Shown: positions 45,645-55,280, counted from the first letter of the stretch. The stretch is DNA of 64,000 nucleotides from Nanobdellota archaeon (GCA_042572295.1 JBHPFA010000001.1:9583-73582), one strand, 5' to 3'. Program-made: numbers and translations. Notes: a model not told the origin generated them from the letters alone.

Positions 45645-45961
45645 TTTAACTTTACAGCTGTTCCGTAAGCTAACATCTCTGCCGCGCCTTGCATTATCAT
45701 AGAAGTCGCAAATCTTACATTTACTATTGCATCGGCTTTAAGAGCTATGGCCTCATTTACCATTCTATTAAATGCTTCCTCTCTTGCTTGAGTTGTCATT
45801 TGTGTATAACTCTTAATTTCTCCACCGATAATTGATTTGAATATTGCTCCAATATCTCTTCCAATATTTTTTGCTCTAATAGTGTTGCCCTTTACAACAC
45901 CTAGGACTTTAGAAATCTTTTTTCCAGGTATTTCAGCTGTTGTGGTTGTTAATATTTCCAT
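45641..45961 (-). CDS. YbjQ/UPF0145 family protein
   Basis: MEILTTTTAEIPGKKISKVLGVVKG...RMVNEAIALKADAIVNVRF. Confidence 0.75.
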   Translation of the reverse strand: MEILTTTTAEIPGKKISKVLGVVKGNTIRAKNIGRDIGAIFKSIIGGEIKSYTQMTTQAREEAFNRMVNEAIALKADAIVNVRFATSMIMQGAAEMLAYGTAVKLK

Positions 45962-45965
45962 TTTA

Positions 45966-46172
45966 TTATTTAGTTCTTCTTTCTTTTAAGTCTTTCCTTC
46001 TTTCAATCTTATCTTCTTCCTTATATAATATTATTAATCCCATACCTGTTCCTATGAATACTAATGGCCAAATTAAGGCTATCAAAGGTGCATTATCTGA
46101 GATTAATGCAATAAGTAACCATAATCCTAAAAAAATAATTATTATTCCTGAGCCAATTGCTATTTTCCCCAT
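45966..46172 (-). CDS. small membrane protein (68 aa)
   Basis: Two TM helices and a basic tail. Confidence 0.4.
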   Translation of the reverse strand: MGKIAIGSGIIIIFLGLWLLIALISDNAPLIALIWPLVFIGTGMGLIILYKEEDKIERRKDLKERRTK

Positions 46173-46272
46173 TAAATATAATAGAAAGCGTTAGATTTAA
46201 ACCTTTTCAATAGAGCTTACGCTTAATGTTAAAAAAATAAAAGAAAAAGAAAAAAATAAATTAAAAAAGGTT

Positions 46273-47046
46273 TTATTTGTGTCTTCCTAAAGATTTCAAA
46301 ACTACTAATACTAACCCAATTGCTAATACTATGTTAGATAATCCTAACCAAGTAGCTTCTGAACCTAGAATTGCTTTTCCTGTCAAACTCTTTGCAGCAG
46401 TAGTTACTTCTCCACCTCTGTTTGAGGTTTCTCTAGCAACACATTTTACAAATTCTCCGTGGTTTTTCCAACTATCAGATGAATCACAAACTGCAATTTC
46501 ATCACAATCATTGTCAAAGGCATCTCCAACAATTTCTTCTGCGAAAGGATTTATTTCAGCATTTGTGTCATCACAGTCTTCACCACCACAAGCAGCATCT
46601 AGGAATCCGTCTCCATCAGCATCTTCGCAAGCAGGAGGTTCTACACAAAGATTATTACCGGCACTTCGACAACTATTACCAGCCCAAAAACAATTGTAGT
46701 AAAGTTGGAATGGAGATCCACTATTACTTCCTCCACCATCTTGGAAAATAGTATTTGTACAAGTTTCTTGATCTAACCTCATACAACTACCTTGAGATTT
46801 AGTCATATCACAAGTCTCGTAAACTTTACATCTTGCACCACCAACACAAGCATTTTGTCCATTGTCCCACCTACAAGCATTACTTTCAGATACATACTTG
46901 AAAGCACAACTTTCTTTGTCAGTATATTGGCCACAGTCAGCAGTTATCTCCTTACAAGGAGATGTAGCTCCATAAGCAGCAACGCCTACAGTTAACATAG
47001 AAGCTATTAGTAATGTAAATACACTCATTAAAAATATTCTCTTCAT
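46273..47046 (-). CDS. secreted Cys-rich protein with MopE-like D-x-DGDG metal-binding motif and C-terminal TM anchor
   Basis: Signal peptide, many Cys residues, CEDADGDGFLDAACGGEDCDDTNAEINPFA...DNDCDE, and a C-terminal hydrophobic helix plus GRHK. Confidence 0.6.
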   Translation of the reverse strand: MKRIFLMSVFTLLIASMLTVGVAAYGATSPCKEITADCGQYTDKESCAFKYVSESNACRWDNGQNACVGGARCKVYETCDMTKSQGSCMRLDQETCTNTIFQDGGGSNSGSPFQLYYNCFWAGNSCRSAGNNLCVEPPACEDADGDGFLDAACGGEDCDDTNAEINPFAEEIVGDAFDNDCDEIAVCDSSDSWKNHGEFVKCVARETSNRGGEVTTAAKSLTGKAILGSEATWLGLSNIVLAIGLVLVVLKSLGRHK

Positions 47047-47143
47047 TTATCATAACCTCCTTTCATCTCTTTTTTAATTAATATTTAGAATATTAATGAG
47101 AAGTTAAAGAAAAAGGCCTTTAAATAGTTTTTTTAAATAATTC

Positions 47144-47761
47144 CTATTTCTTTATCTTTGATTCTTTATAATGTCCTAGGAATAAGAATATCCATCCTAG
47201 GGCAAGGAAGAGTATTTCATCAGTAGGGTTTGGAACAACTCCTTCTAATGCTTTAAGGAAAGGCATACTACCTAATCCACAAAGAAACCACATAGCGATT
47301 CCTAAGAAAGTATATCCTACTAGTTTAAGATCTGCTGGTAGTTTTTCTTTGCTTTTTAGTGTTGAACGTTTCTTCATCCATAACCAAACAATTCCAAAGA
47401 AAGATAATAGTATTAATGTTCCAGCGATTCCAAATAAAGGGGGAGAATATAATCCCATTTGAGGTAGCATATTTATTATTAGGGCTAGTAAGGTTACTCC
47501 TATTCCAAATAACCAAATTTTCGAGGGCTTTACTTTAGCATACATCATTGCACCGACTCCTGCTATTATCATTCCAATAGGTGTTCCTAAAGCCCATAAG
47601 AAAAACCAGAATCCTGGGGACTTCCACATAGTTTGATTAACTTCGTCCATTGTAGAATCTCTGAATGTTTGGTCAACATCCCAGCTAGCACCAGCACCCA
47701 TGATCACTGATAATAGAACACCTAATATGAATATAGTTAATCCTAGTTTCTGTCTATTCAT
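47144..47761 (-). CDS. integral membrane protein (205 aa)
   Basis: Five or six TM helices. TATA about 24 nt upstream. Confidence 0.5.
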   Translation of the reverse strand: MNRQKLGLTIFILGVLLSVIMGAGASWDVDQTFRDSTMDEVNQTMWKSPGFWFFLWALGTPIGMIIAGVGAMMYAKVKPSKIWLFGIGVTLLALIINMLPQMGLYSPPLFGIAGTLILLSFFGIVWLWMKKRSTLKSKEKLPADLKLVGYTFLGIAMWFLCGLGSMPFLKALEGVVPNPTDEILFLALGWIFLFLGHYKESKIKK

Positions 47762-47785
47762 ACTTTTTACAGTATTTCAAAGGAT

Positions 47786-48166
47786 TTAAAGCTTTTTCTT
47801 GAAAGATTTGTAGGATTTGGTCTTAAGCAAGTTCTTTTTTATTTGTGTTTTGTTCTTTTTCACAAGTTTCCTGAATTTTATGTATTCTTTATCTTTTATT
47901 GTCTTCTTTCTAGATGTTTTTTCCAGATTCATACTGATTACATACTTTCTTATTTCCTTTAAGGTGTATTTCTTCAATTCAGGAACACTTTGGTAGGCTT
48001 TTAACACATCTTCTTGTATTTCTAAGGTTTCTAAGTTCATTACTTCAAGAAGTAAGGGTGTGTTTTCTTTTATTTTCAGTTTTCTAGCTTTTGTAAAAGG
48101 AATCCTTATACAAAGTGAATTTCCTTGCTTTACAGCTTTTCCAACAAATCTTATTGGTTTTACCAT
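47786..48166 (-). CDS. AbrB/MazE/SpoVT-like swapped-hairpin domain protein with basic tail
   Basis: MVKPIRFVGKAVKQGNSLCIRIP at the N-terminus. Confidence 0.5.
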   Translation of the reverse strand: MVKPIRFVGKAVKQGNSLCIRIPFTKARKLKIKENTPLLLEVMNLETLEIQEDVLKAYQSVPELKKYTLKEIRKYVISMNLEKTSRKKTIKDKEYIKFRKLVKKNKTQIKKNLLKTKSYKSFKKKL

Positions 48167-48209
48167 GATATATTATACATGTAATTACAATATAAATAAC
48201 TTTAGAGAA

Positions 48210-48890
48210 TTATAGATAAGCGATGTTTTGTCCAATCTTTACTTTATCTTCTTTTTTTACTGAGATTTTGAGATCTTTTGGAAAACATAAAAGCATGCTT
48301 GAACCTAGGCTGAAATAACCACAAGGAGTTCCTCTTTCATAATGTTCTTTTTCTTTGTAATCTGTGTGTATTTTGTTAACAAGCAGAGATCCGACAGCAA
48401 TCATGGCTATTGGGAAGTCTTTTGTTTGAAATATTGAACCAATAGAAGCATTTCTTTTTACTGCTTTACTCATCATCTCTATTCCTAATAAGTTTTCAAG
48501 TCCTATTAATAATGGAAGAGCTTTCCCCTTATTTTTTTGAGTGTAAACAAATCTTCCTTCACTTGGAGTCACCCAGTAATGTTTATTTTTTGGGTTAAGA
48601 TAAAAGTTTATGTATTGTCCGCCTGAGAATAATTTGCTTGCAGTCTCTCCTATTAAGTTTTTTAAGAATACTTTTTTATTGTTTTTAGATATTAGAATTC
48701 CTTTATCATCAATTTTTCCTACATAAGCTACTTTTGCTTCAACAGGACTTATGGCTGCAGAGATATGGTGTATTGTGTCTTTCCCATATTTATGAAATCT
48801 TTTGTTAAATCCGGAAAGGTCTGCTATTGTTTTAATTATCCCCATTCCTTTAAAGAAAAGACAAGGAGTTTTAAAGCTTTTGAAGAGCAC
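48210..48890 (-). CDS. phosphatidylserine (archaetidylserine) decarboxylase-like proenzyme
   Basis: ISPVEAKV (SPxDG-like) and C-terminal GYFSLGSSMLLCF (GS[ST] self-cleavage motif context). Confidence 0.5.
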   Translation of the reverse strand: MLFKSFKTPCLFFKGMGIIKTIADLSGFNKRFHKYGKDTIHHISAAISPVEAKVAYVGKIDDKGILISKNNKKVFLKNLIGETASKLFSGGQYINFYLNPKNKHYWVTPSEGRFVYTQKNKGKALPLLIGLENLLGIEMMSKAVKRNASIGSIFQTKDFPIAMIAVGSLLVNKIHTDYKEKEHYERGTPCGYFSLGSSMLLCFPKDLKISVKKEDKVKIGQNIAYL

Positions 48891-49245
48891 TATCCAATGA
48901 TTTATGTATGTTATCTAACAATTTGTGGTTTCTTTTTAATTCTTTATCTAATTCTGCATCTATGCTTGCTCTTATGACTTTTAACTTTTCAAAATGCTCC
49001 TGATACTTTGAAAAATCCTCTTCTTTTCCAAACATTCTCCATCTTTTGAGATAAAATCCACCTAGAGTGGTGTTTATTGCATATCTTGTTGGCCTTTTTA
49101 CAAGATTGCCTTGTCCGACTCTTTTTTCAATTTTAGCTAGATAAGTTATCTTTTCAGAGACGTACATACCAAATATGTGTTTATCCACTATCTTTTCACT
49201 TTTTCCATAAGGATCATTGTTTATCTTTGGAAGTTTTATTTTCAC
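48871..49245 (-). CDS. hypothetical protein (124 aa)
   Basis: Clean ORF. No motif. Confidence 0.4.
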   Translation of the reverse strand: MKIKLPKINNDPYGKSEKIVDKHIFGMYVSEKITYLAKIEKRVGQGNLVKRPTRYAINTTLGGFYLKRWRMFGKEEDFSKYQEHFEKLKVIRASIDAELDKELKRNHKLLDNIHKSLDSALQKL

Positions 49246-49400
49246 TTTTCTTTTTTCTCCCCATTTACAGAAATGTAATCTGTACAGAAAAACTCATATC
49301 CATTACAAGTTACACAGCGTAAATTTGGATTATCGCTTCTAAAGCCTTTTTCTCTAGTGTATACGCTTTTCCATAAACATATTTTATCTTCTAGTGGCAT
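49242..49400 (-). CDS. small Cys-containing peptide (52 aa)
   Basis: Translates MPLEDKICLWKSVYTREKGFRSDNPNLRCVTCNGYEFFC... Start taken at the ATG that terminates the conserved leader element (49398-49400). Confidence 0.45.
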   Translation of the reverse strand: MPLEDKICLWKSVYTREKGFRSDNPNLRCVTCNGYEFFCTDYISVNGEKKEK

Positions 49401-49442
49401 TTTATTCTTACTCAGAAACAGTCTGGGGCTGAACACCTCTTA
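49398..49442 (-). promoter_or_regulatory. conserved 5'-leader element, copy 5
   Basis: Minus strand: AAGAGGTGTTCAGCCCCAGACTGTTTCTGAGTAAGAATAAAATG. Confidence 0.5.
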
Positions 49443-49505
49443 ATAAGGAATTATAATGACTTATTTAAAGCTTTTCAGAACGATAAAATATATAATAGCT
49501 GGATA

Positions 49506-49841
49506 GTGGATGTTTTTATGACAGCAGATGATAAATGGGGTCATGTGTATATAACTCATGATGGAAGTTATCATGATTATAAGGGGATGATAGACCCTAA
49601 ACCTCCAAAAGGATGGGTTCTTCATTATTATAATAGGGAGAATGAATGCCATGCCTTTATCAGACATGGCCCTCAAAGAAGGATATGTATGGAAGTAAGA
49701 GCCAAGTATAGTTTTGATCAGGCAGATCTTGCAGTCAAGAGATGTCAAGACTTGAATAAGAATAAGTTTGCAAAGTCTAGGCTTGTAGGGATGATTTCTA
49801 GTAAACAAAGATCTGTAGAATTTAAGGATGATAGTGAATGA
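49506..49841 (+). CDS. hypothetical protein (111 aa)
   Basis: Clean ORF. No motif. Confidence 0.4.
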   Translation: MDVFMTADDKWGHVYITHDGSYHDYKGMIDPKPPKGWVLHYYNRENECHAFIRHGPQRRICMEVRAKYSFDQADLAVKRCQDLNKNKFAKSRLVGMISSKQRSVEFKDDSE

Positions 49842-50987
49842 CTAGGCTTCAGTTTTGAAAGCTTTTTTGAAAAGAAGTGAAGCATATCCTATTATCATTA
49901 AAGAGATGATAATTCCTGAGAATTTGAGTATTTTGCTACCTTTTAGTTCAGGGGCTGCAAGAGGTTTATCTTTTTGATGTACATCCAGCTCAAAAGGGAT
50001 TGTTTTTATTATTTTTCCAGCCTTCATCAGAAAAAGTTCTATATCTTGCTTTCCTATAGGGGCATTATCATCAATATCAAACTCTACCTTTAGTAATTGC
50101 TCGTTATTATTTGGATCTTCTACAGTTTTGGTTGAGACTTCTAACCAATCTCCTGCACCTTCTATTTTTAGGGTGTATTCATTGTTGTTTACAACAGAGC
50201 CTGTAAGAGAATTGCCTATCTGTTCCTCATCAGAATCTTCAAATGTATCTAGAGCTATTGAGAATTTATTTGTCTCTCCTACTGTTACACCCATTCCTTC
50301 AAGAGGTGCTGCTCCTGCAGCAGTTATTACATAAATTTCTCCACCTGTTTGAGTTATTTTTGGTTCTTGTGGTGTTTGCCTTAAGTCTGGATAACGTGAA
50401 GGTTGTCCCTGAAGTGAGGGTTTGTCAAGAAGGTCTTTATCCGAATTTTCTTGATTAAGGTTTCCTAGATATACTCCACTATCAGTGAGGCATTTATCTA
50501 AAAAATCTTTGGTTGAAAGAAATCCTTCTTCACAGTTTTCAGTTATTTCTCTTTTCTTTTTCTCTTCATTTTCCTTTGCCTTTTTTGAAGTATATTCTCC
50601 TTGGCCTGATTTTCCATTTGATTGTTCGGTTGATTCTTCCTGACTAGATTCCTCTTGGGCATAATCTTCCTCAGATGATGAATCTTGAACAGGATCATAA
50701 CTGTCTACAGGGGTGTCATAATCGGCTTCATCACTAGATCCTGAATCAGAGGAGTCCTCAGTAGGTTCTGGTTCATCACTTTCTTCACAATTAAAAAATG
50801 CATCTGAATTACAAGCATTAAGACAGTCTTCTTGCTCAAAGGAGGGATAACCACTAGGTTTGCCTGCACACTCTGTAGAGCAATCTCTCATGCAAATATC
50901 CCCTTTTGTTGGAGGGGTGATTGTGATAATAAAAATAATAAAAATAATTGAAAAAAGAATTCTTTTATGAGTATTTTTAACTTCCAT
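49842..50987 (-). CDS. acidic Ser/Asp/Glu-rich surface protein with N-terminal signal/TM and C-terminal TM anchor
   Basis: N-terminal hydrophobic segment, Cys cluster, long acidic low-complexity stretch, C-terminal TM. Confidence 0.55.
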   Translation of the reverse strand: MEVKNTHKRILFSIIFIIFIITITPPTKGDICMRDCSTECAGKPSGYPSFEQEDCLNACNSDAFFNCEESDEPEPTEDSSDSGSSDEADYDTPVDSYDPVQDSSSEEDYAQEESSQEESTEQSNGKSGQGEYTSKKAKENEEKKKREITENCEEGFLSTKDFLDKCLTDSGVYLGNLNQENSDKDLLDKPSLQGQPSRYPDLRQTPQEPKITQTGGEIYVITAAGAAPLEGMGVTVGETNKFSIALDTFEDSDEEQIGNSLTGSVVNNNEYTLKIEGAGDWLEVSTKTVEDPNNNEQLLKVEFDIDDNAPIGKQDIELFLMKAGKIIKTIPFELDVHQKDKPLAAPELKGSKILKFSGIIISLMIIGYASLLFKKAFKTEA

Positions 50988-51059
50988 TTTCCCCTTTTTG
51001 TTAATTAATATTACTTAAAGAGAAGTTATAAATCTGTCGGGGAGATAAACTTAAATATC

Positions 51060-52325
51060 TTGATTAGTAGAGAGAGATATAGTAAAAAGATGGTAGATGA
51101 TGTGTTAGTTAATTGGTTGAGAGAAAATCAAGCTAAAGGTTTTGATTTAGGAACTCTGAGAAACCAATTAATACAAAGCGGACGAAATCAACAGGAAGTT
51201 GATGAAGCTGTTAATTCTCTTAGTGCTCCTGCACAAGTTCAAGCACCTACGGCCCAATCAGTAGCTCAACCTTCTGAAGTCAGTGCAGAAACTCCTGAAG
51301 CAAAAGGATTTTCTATGAAAAAAATGATTATCCCTTCTGTAGTGCTTTTGTTAGGAATAGGTTTACTTGCATTCTTTTTAACAATGGGTGGAGAAGAGAC
51401 TACAGAACAAGCAGTTGCTGCTCCTGAAATTGAAGAAGTTGTTGAAGAGCCGGTTGTTGATACTGTTGTTGAAGAAACTGGCAGTGTTGAAGGGCCAATT
51501 GAAGTCACTTTACAAGATAGAGAGTCAGTGACTATTGAGATTGATGGAACTGAACATGATATAACTGCTAGAGTTTATCCTGATCAAGGAGCTCTTGAAA
51601 TTGATGGTAGTCTCATGGTAGGTATGCAAAGTGGAGGACAGTTTGTACATACTGGTCCATTTGGAGAATTATATATTAATGTAATTGAAGTCGGTCCTCA
51701 TTTGATACTTGATGAGTATGTTGATGCTATATCAGTTGAATTTTCTGGAGAGCCTTTTACTGTAGAAGCAACAGGTTTGGGAACTGAGAGTGCAGAAGAA
51801 ACTGAAACTTCAGAAACTGCATATACTTTTACAACAGGAGAAACAAGAGAAATAGAAATTAATGGATCCATATATGAAGTTGAGACAACAGTCAAAAGTG
51901 AAAGCCTCGCGCAGTTTACAATCAATGAAGAATCACTCACATTATATTTAGGAGAAGAATATGAGCTTGTAGATGGAACTAAGGTTATACTTCTTGATAT
52001 CACTATGGGCGAGCCGGCCACAGCTGAACTTGACTTTACAGTGCCAGCTCCTGAAGTAATTCCTGAAGGAGTGGGAGAGGTATGTAGTGAAGATTCTGAA
52101 TGTTTGTCAATTGAGTGTGAAGAAAAAGATAAAGTGATTCCAGATGCTTTCTGTCATTATGGGATATGTAGGTGTAGTGGACTTAGTTATGACCAAATGG
52201 CAAATCCCCCTTGTGATGATGAAATAGATTGTATTGTCTTTGAAGCAATAGAATGTTTTGAAGAAGAAATTGCTTCGTGTTTAGAACAAAGCTGGGGCAC
52301 TGGATGCGAATGTGTTTCAGCTTAA
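51060..52325 (+). CDS. membrane-anchored extracytoplasmic protein with Cys-rich C-terminus
   Basis: Cytoplasmic N-terminus, one TM helix, acidic repeats, and a C-terminal Cys cluster. Confidence 0.55.
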   Translation: MISRERYSKKMVDDVLVNWLRENQAKGFDLGTLRNQLIQSGRNQQEVDEAVNSLSAPAQVQAPTAQSVAQPSEVSAETPEAKGFSMKKMIIPSVVLLLGIGLLAFFLTMGGEETTEQAVAAPEIEEVVEEPVVDTVVEETGSVEGPIEVTLQDRESVTIEIDGTEHDITARVYPDQGALEIDGSLMVGMQSGGQFVHTGPFGELYINVIEVGPHLILDEYVDAISVEFSGEPFTVEATGLGTESAEETETSETAYTFTTGETREIEINGSIYEVETTVKSESLAQFTINEESLTLYLGEEYELVDGTKVILLDITMGEPATAELDFTVPAPEVIPEGVGEVCSEDSECLSIECEEKDKVIPDAFCHYGICRCSGLSYDQMANPPCDDEIDCIVFEAIECFEEEIASCLEQSWGTGCECVSA

Positions 52326-52353
52326 GTTATCAATTCTTAGCTAAGAAATAAGT

Positions 52354-52827
52354 TTATTCTGAATCTTCTTCAGATGTTTCTTCTTTTTCTGGTGCTTCTT
52401 CATCTGCTGGAGCCATTTCTAACTCTTGTAAAACTTTAAGAATTTTGTCTAATTTAGTATTAATCTTGTCTAATTGTTCTTTAGAAACTCCTGATCCGCC
52501 GTCTCTTGAGCCTCCTCTTGAGCCGCCACCAGATTTGCTAAAACAATCACTACAAAGAACAGGTTTATCATTTGATGGTTTGAATGGGACTTGACAATCT
52601 TTCTTACATTTATCACAGACTACATCATGCATTTCTACTGGACCTCTTCCTCTTCCTCCGCCGAAGCCTCCAGATGATCTTCCTCTTCCTCCGCCGAAGC
52701 CTCCAGATGATCTTCCTCTTCCTCCGCCGAATCCTCCAGATGATCTTCCGCTGTCTCTTCCGCCGAATCCACCTCTATCTCTGTCTCTTCCGCCGAATCC
52801 TCCTGAATTTCTTCTAAAGTCTCCCAT
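52354..52827 (-). CDS. RGG/Gly-Arg repeat protein with CxxC-x17-CxxC zinc ribbon
   Basis: GRSSGGFGGGRGR x3, CDKCKKDCQVPFKPSNDKPVLCSDC, and an acidic tail. Confidence 0.65.
   Translation of the reverse strand: MGDFRRNSGGFGGRDRDRGGFGGRDSGRSSGGFGGGRGRSSGGFGGGRGRSSGGFGGGRGRGPVEMHDVVCDKCKKDCQVPFKPSNDKPVLCSDCFSKSGGGSRGGSRDGGSGVSKEQLDKINTKLDKILKVLQELEMAPADEEAPEKEETSEEDSE
52644..52760. repeat. three tandem 39-bp repeats inside the RGG gene
   Basis: Plus-strand CTCTTCCTCCGCCGAAGCCTCCAGATGATCTTCCT repeated three times, with one substitution in the third copy. Confidence 0.8.
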
Positions 52828-52916
52828 TTTCTTAGTAATTAGATGAAATGAACGGTTTATAAATCTATGTAGTCTTGAGTGGGGTATTTAAATGGTATTT
52901 AAAGGGCTCTTGAGAA

Positions 52917-53117
52917 TTAAGCAGGGATATTCTTGTAACCACATCCACCTTTTGATTGTGGGCAGTGTAAAGTTCCTTTTCCATCACCCCATTGGATGAT
53001 CCAAAGGGTTTTTCTGCAGTTAGGACATTTAGGATTTTTAGAACGATTCATACTAGGATTTCTTATTTTAGTCCCAATTCCTGAAGTGCCTCTTCCTAAA
53101 GGTCTAGTTCCAACCAT
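52917..53117 (-). CDS. small zinc-ribbon protein (66 aa)
   Basis: KCPNCRK...HCPQSKGGCGY. AAAGGTTTAAA BRE/TATA 26 nt upstream. Confidence 0.45.
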   Translation of the reverse strand: MVGTRPLGRGTSGIGTKIRNPSMNRSKNPKCPNCRKTLWIIQWGDGKGTLHCPQSKGGCGYKNIPA

Positions 53118-53141
53118 GTTTTAACCATTATAATAGGGAAT

Positions 53142-53483
53142 TTAAACCTTTTTGAAGAAATCTTCTCCAAAATAGAGAAGATAATTTTGTCCAAGATACT
53201 TTTCAGCTTGTTTTTTTGTAGGCTTTTTCGTAGGAATATTTAGTTTCTTTGCCAAAATCTCCTCAAGAAGGCTCAGGTTTTTACATCCAAGCTTTTTTTC
53301 ATTAAGTCTTATGATGTTTTTATCTTTCCTATAAAGTTGAGGGATATCTTTCTTGCAGTTTTCTATAATTTTTTGGGTTCTTAGATGATTTAGATGTACT
53401 ACCGTACTCTCTCCAGCATACTCAAAGTCCCCCCTGTAATAATCTATAAAGTCTTTAGCCAATTGCTTGTTATTATATCCCAT
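53142..53483 (-). CDS. hypothetical protein (113 aa)
   Basis: Clean ORF. No motif. Confidence 0.45.
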   Translation of the reverse strand: MGYNNKQLAKDFIDYYRGDFEYAGESTVVHLNHLRTQKIIENCKKDIPQLYRKDKNIIRLNEKKLGCKNLSLLEEILAKKLNIPTKKPTKKQAEKYLGQNYLLYFGEDFFKKV

Positions 53484-53613
53484 ACTTTTTTCCAGTAGAA
53501 TTGGTTTTTAAGGATTATTCTAATTGAAAAGTATTGATAGTTTAAACCTTTTTGAGAATGTTGTCCGAGGATATGGATTATAACTAAAGCTTTATATTAC
53601 TAATTTAATACCA

Positions 53614-54783
53614 TTGGATATGTCTTTGTTGTCAAACGTTCATATTAATGAGTTCTTTAGAAATAAAGAACTAAATGAATTTTATGCTGCAACCATTATA
53701 ATGTATTTTGCTGAAGGGTTGATAAGCATTTTTGTTCCTATCTATTTGTATAAGTTAGGTTATTCTATACCTATAATTATTTTATTCTCCTTTTTAATTT
53801 CCTTAAGTTTTGTAGTATTTTCTTATTTAGGGGCAAGAGTGGTCTCCAAGATTGGAGTAAAACATTCTATGTTGTTATCTACTCCATTTAACCTTGCTTT
53901 TTATTTAGGGCTGGGTATTTTGCCTAAATTTCCATTTTTATTTTTTATATTACCTATTCTCAGATCTTGGAAGATGATATTATTCAATTATGGATATCAT
54001 CTCGATTTTATTAAGAACTCAGATGGGAAGAGGAGAGGAAGAGAAATTTCTGTCATACTGGAGTTATTTGTCATAGCAACGGCATTGTCTCCTTTTATTG
54101 GAGGACTTATTGCTTCCTTTTTAGGATTCAATGTTCTTTATTTCTTAGGATCTATGTTATTGGTCTTGGGGACTTTCCCTCTTTTCTTGACAAAAGATGG
54201 ACCTGAAAAAATAAGGTTCAGTAAAGGTACATTATGGAAAAGCATCTTGGGTAAGAAAGAGCGTAATAATCTAATCAGTTTGTCAAGTTATGGTATAGAA
54301 TCTATAGTCGGAAAGGTTCTTTGGCCATTATTTTTGATAATTTTGTTAGTGGAAGTGTTTAAGACTGGTTTAATAGTCACGTTATCAATGCTTTTTTCAG
54401 TGGTTTTCTTTTACTTCATAGGTGAGTTGACTGATAGAAATAGCAGAAGGAAAATGTTTAGGATAGGCACTTATTTCTATGCCCTTTCTTGGATTGGAAG
54501 AGTCTTTGTAAGTTCTCCATTCCAAGCGTTTTTTGTGGACTCCTATAGAAATATCACTGAAAAAATCGTGCACATACCTTGGCTTGCTAAAAGTTATGAT
54601 ATTGCTAAGGAAAAAGGATACTTTAAGTTCATTGTTGGAAGAGAAGTCATATTTAATTTGAGTAGGGTCGTGTTCTTGCCAGTGTTTATGTTAATATTCT
54701 ATATTGGATATAAACCATTTATTATAAGCTTCATACTGGCTGGAATATTCACATTAGGTTATCAATTCTTAGGTAAGAAGTAA
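53614..54783 (+). CDS. MFS-like 12-TM transporter
   Basis: About 12 hydrophobic helices in a 6+6 arrangement with a basic central loop. Confidence 0.5.
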   Translation: MDMSLLSNVHINEFFRNKELNEFYAATIIMYFAEGLISIFVPIYLYKLGYSIPIIILFSFLISLSFVVFSYLGARVVSKIGVKHSMLLSTPFNLAFYLGLGILPKFPFLFFILPILRSWKMILFNYGYHLDFIKNSDGKRRGREISVILELFVIATALSPFIGGLIASFLGFNVLYFLGSMLLVLGTFPLFLTKDGPEKIRFSKGTLWKSILGKKERNNLISLSSYGIESIVGKVLWPLFLIILLVEVFKTGLIVTLSMLFSVVFFYFIGELTDRNSRRKMFRIGTYFYALSWIGRVFVSSPFQAFFVDSYRNITEKIVHIPWLAKSYDIAKEKGYFKFIVGREVIFNLSRVVFLPVFMLIFYIGYKPFIISFILAGIFTLGYQFLGKK

Positions 54784-54850
54784 TTCTTAGATTTTCTCTT
54801 TAACAATTAATTTATATATTCAAAAAATCTATATTGGATGTAAAAGGGGG

Positions 54851-55222
54851 TTGATGATGGCAAAAAAGAAGAAAGTAAAGAAAAATAATCTTAAAGAGTT
54901 CTTTAATAGTAAGAGAGAAGACAAATTAGGTTGGGCTTTAGTGTTCTTTTGGGGAGCATTAGTTGTTCTTGCAGATCTTAGTGGATATTTAGGAGGAATT
55001 GAAGGATGGTCTCTGTTTTTTACAGGGGTTGGAGTCATAGTTTTGGCGTTTGCACCATTCCTTTTTTACGCTGGAAACAAAAAAGCATGGTTTAATGTTA
55101 TCTTCGGAATAGTGTTCTTATCTATTGGAGTAGGAGATTTCATAAGCCTTAGATGGATCTGGGTAGTAATCTTAATAGCTTTAGGTTATGCGACACTAAG
55201 AAGTGTATTTGATAAGAAGTAG
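54851..55222 (+). CDS. small membrane protein (123 aa)
   Basis: Four TM helices. Confidence 0.4.
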   Translation: MMMAKKKKVKKNNLKEFFNSKREDKLGWALVFFWGALVVLADLSGYLGGIEGWSLFFTGVGVIVLAFAPFLFYAGNKKAWFNVIFGIVFLSIGVGDFISLRWIWVVILIALGYATLRSVFDKK

Positions 55223-55280
55223 ATATTAAGATATCTCTTTTTCACCTTTTTCTTTTTTTATTTTTAATCAATAGTGTTAG

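Noticed and set aside
46277-46995. Plus-strand ORFs overlapping the Cys-rich surface-protein gene
   Set aside because: Antisense shadows. The minus-strand product has a signal peptide, TM anchor and repeated Cys motifs.
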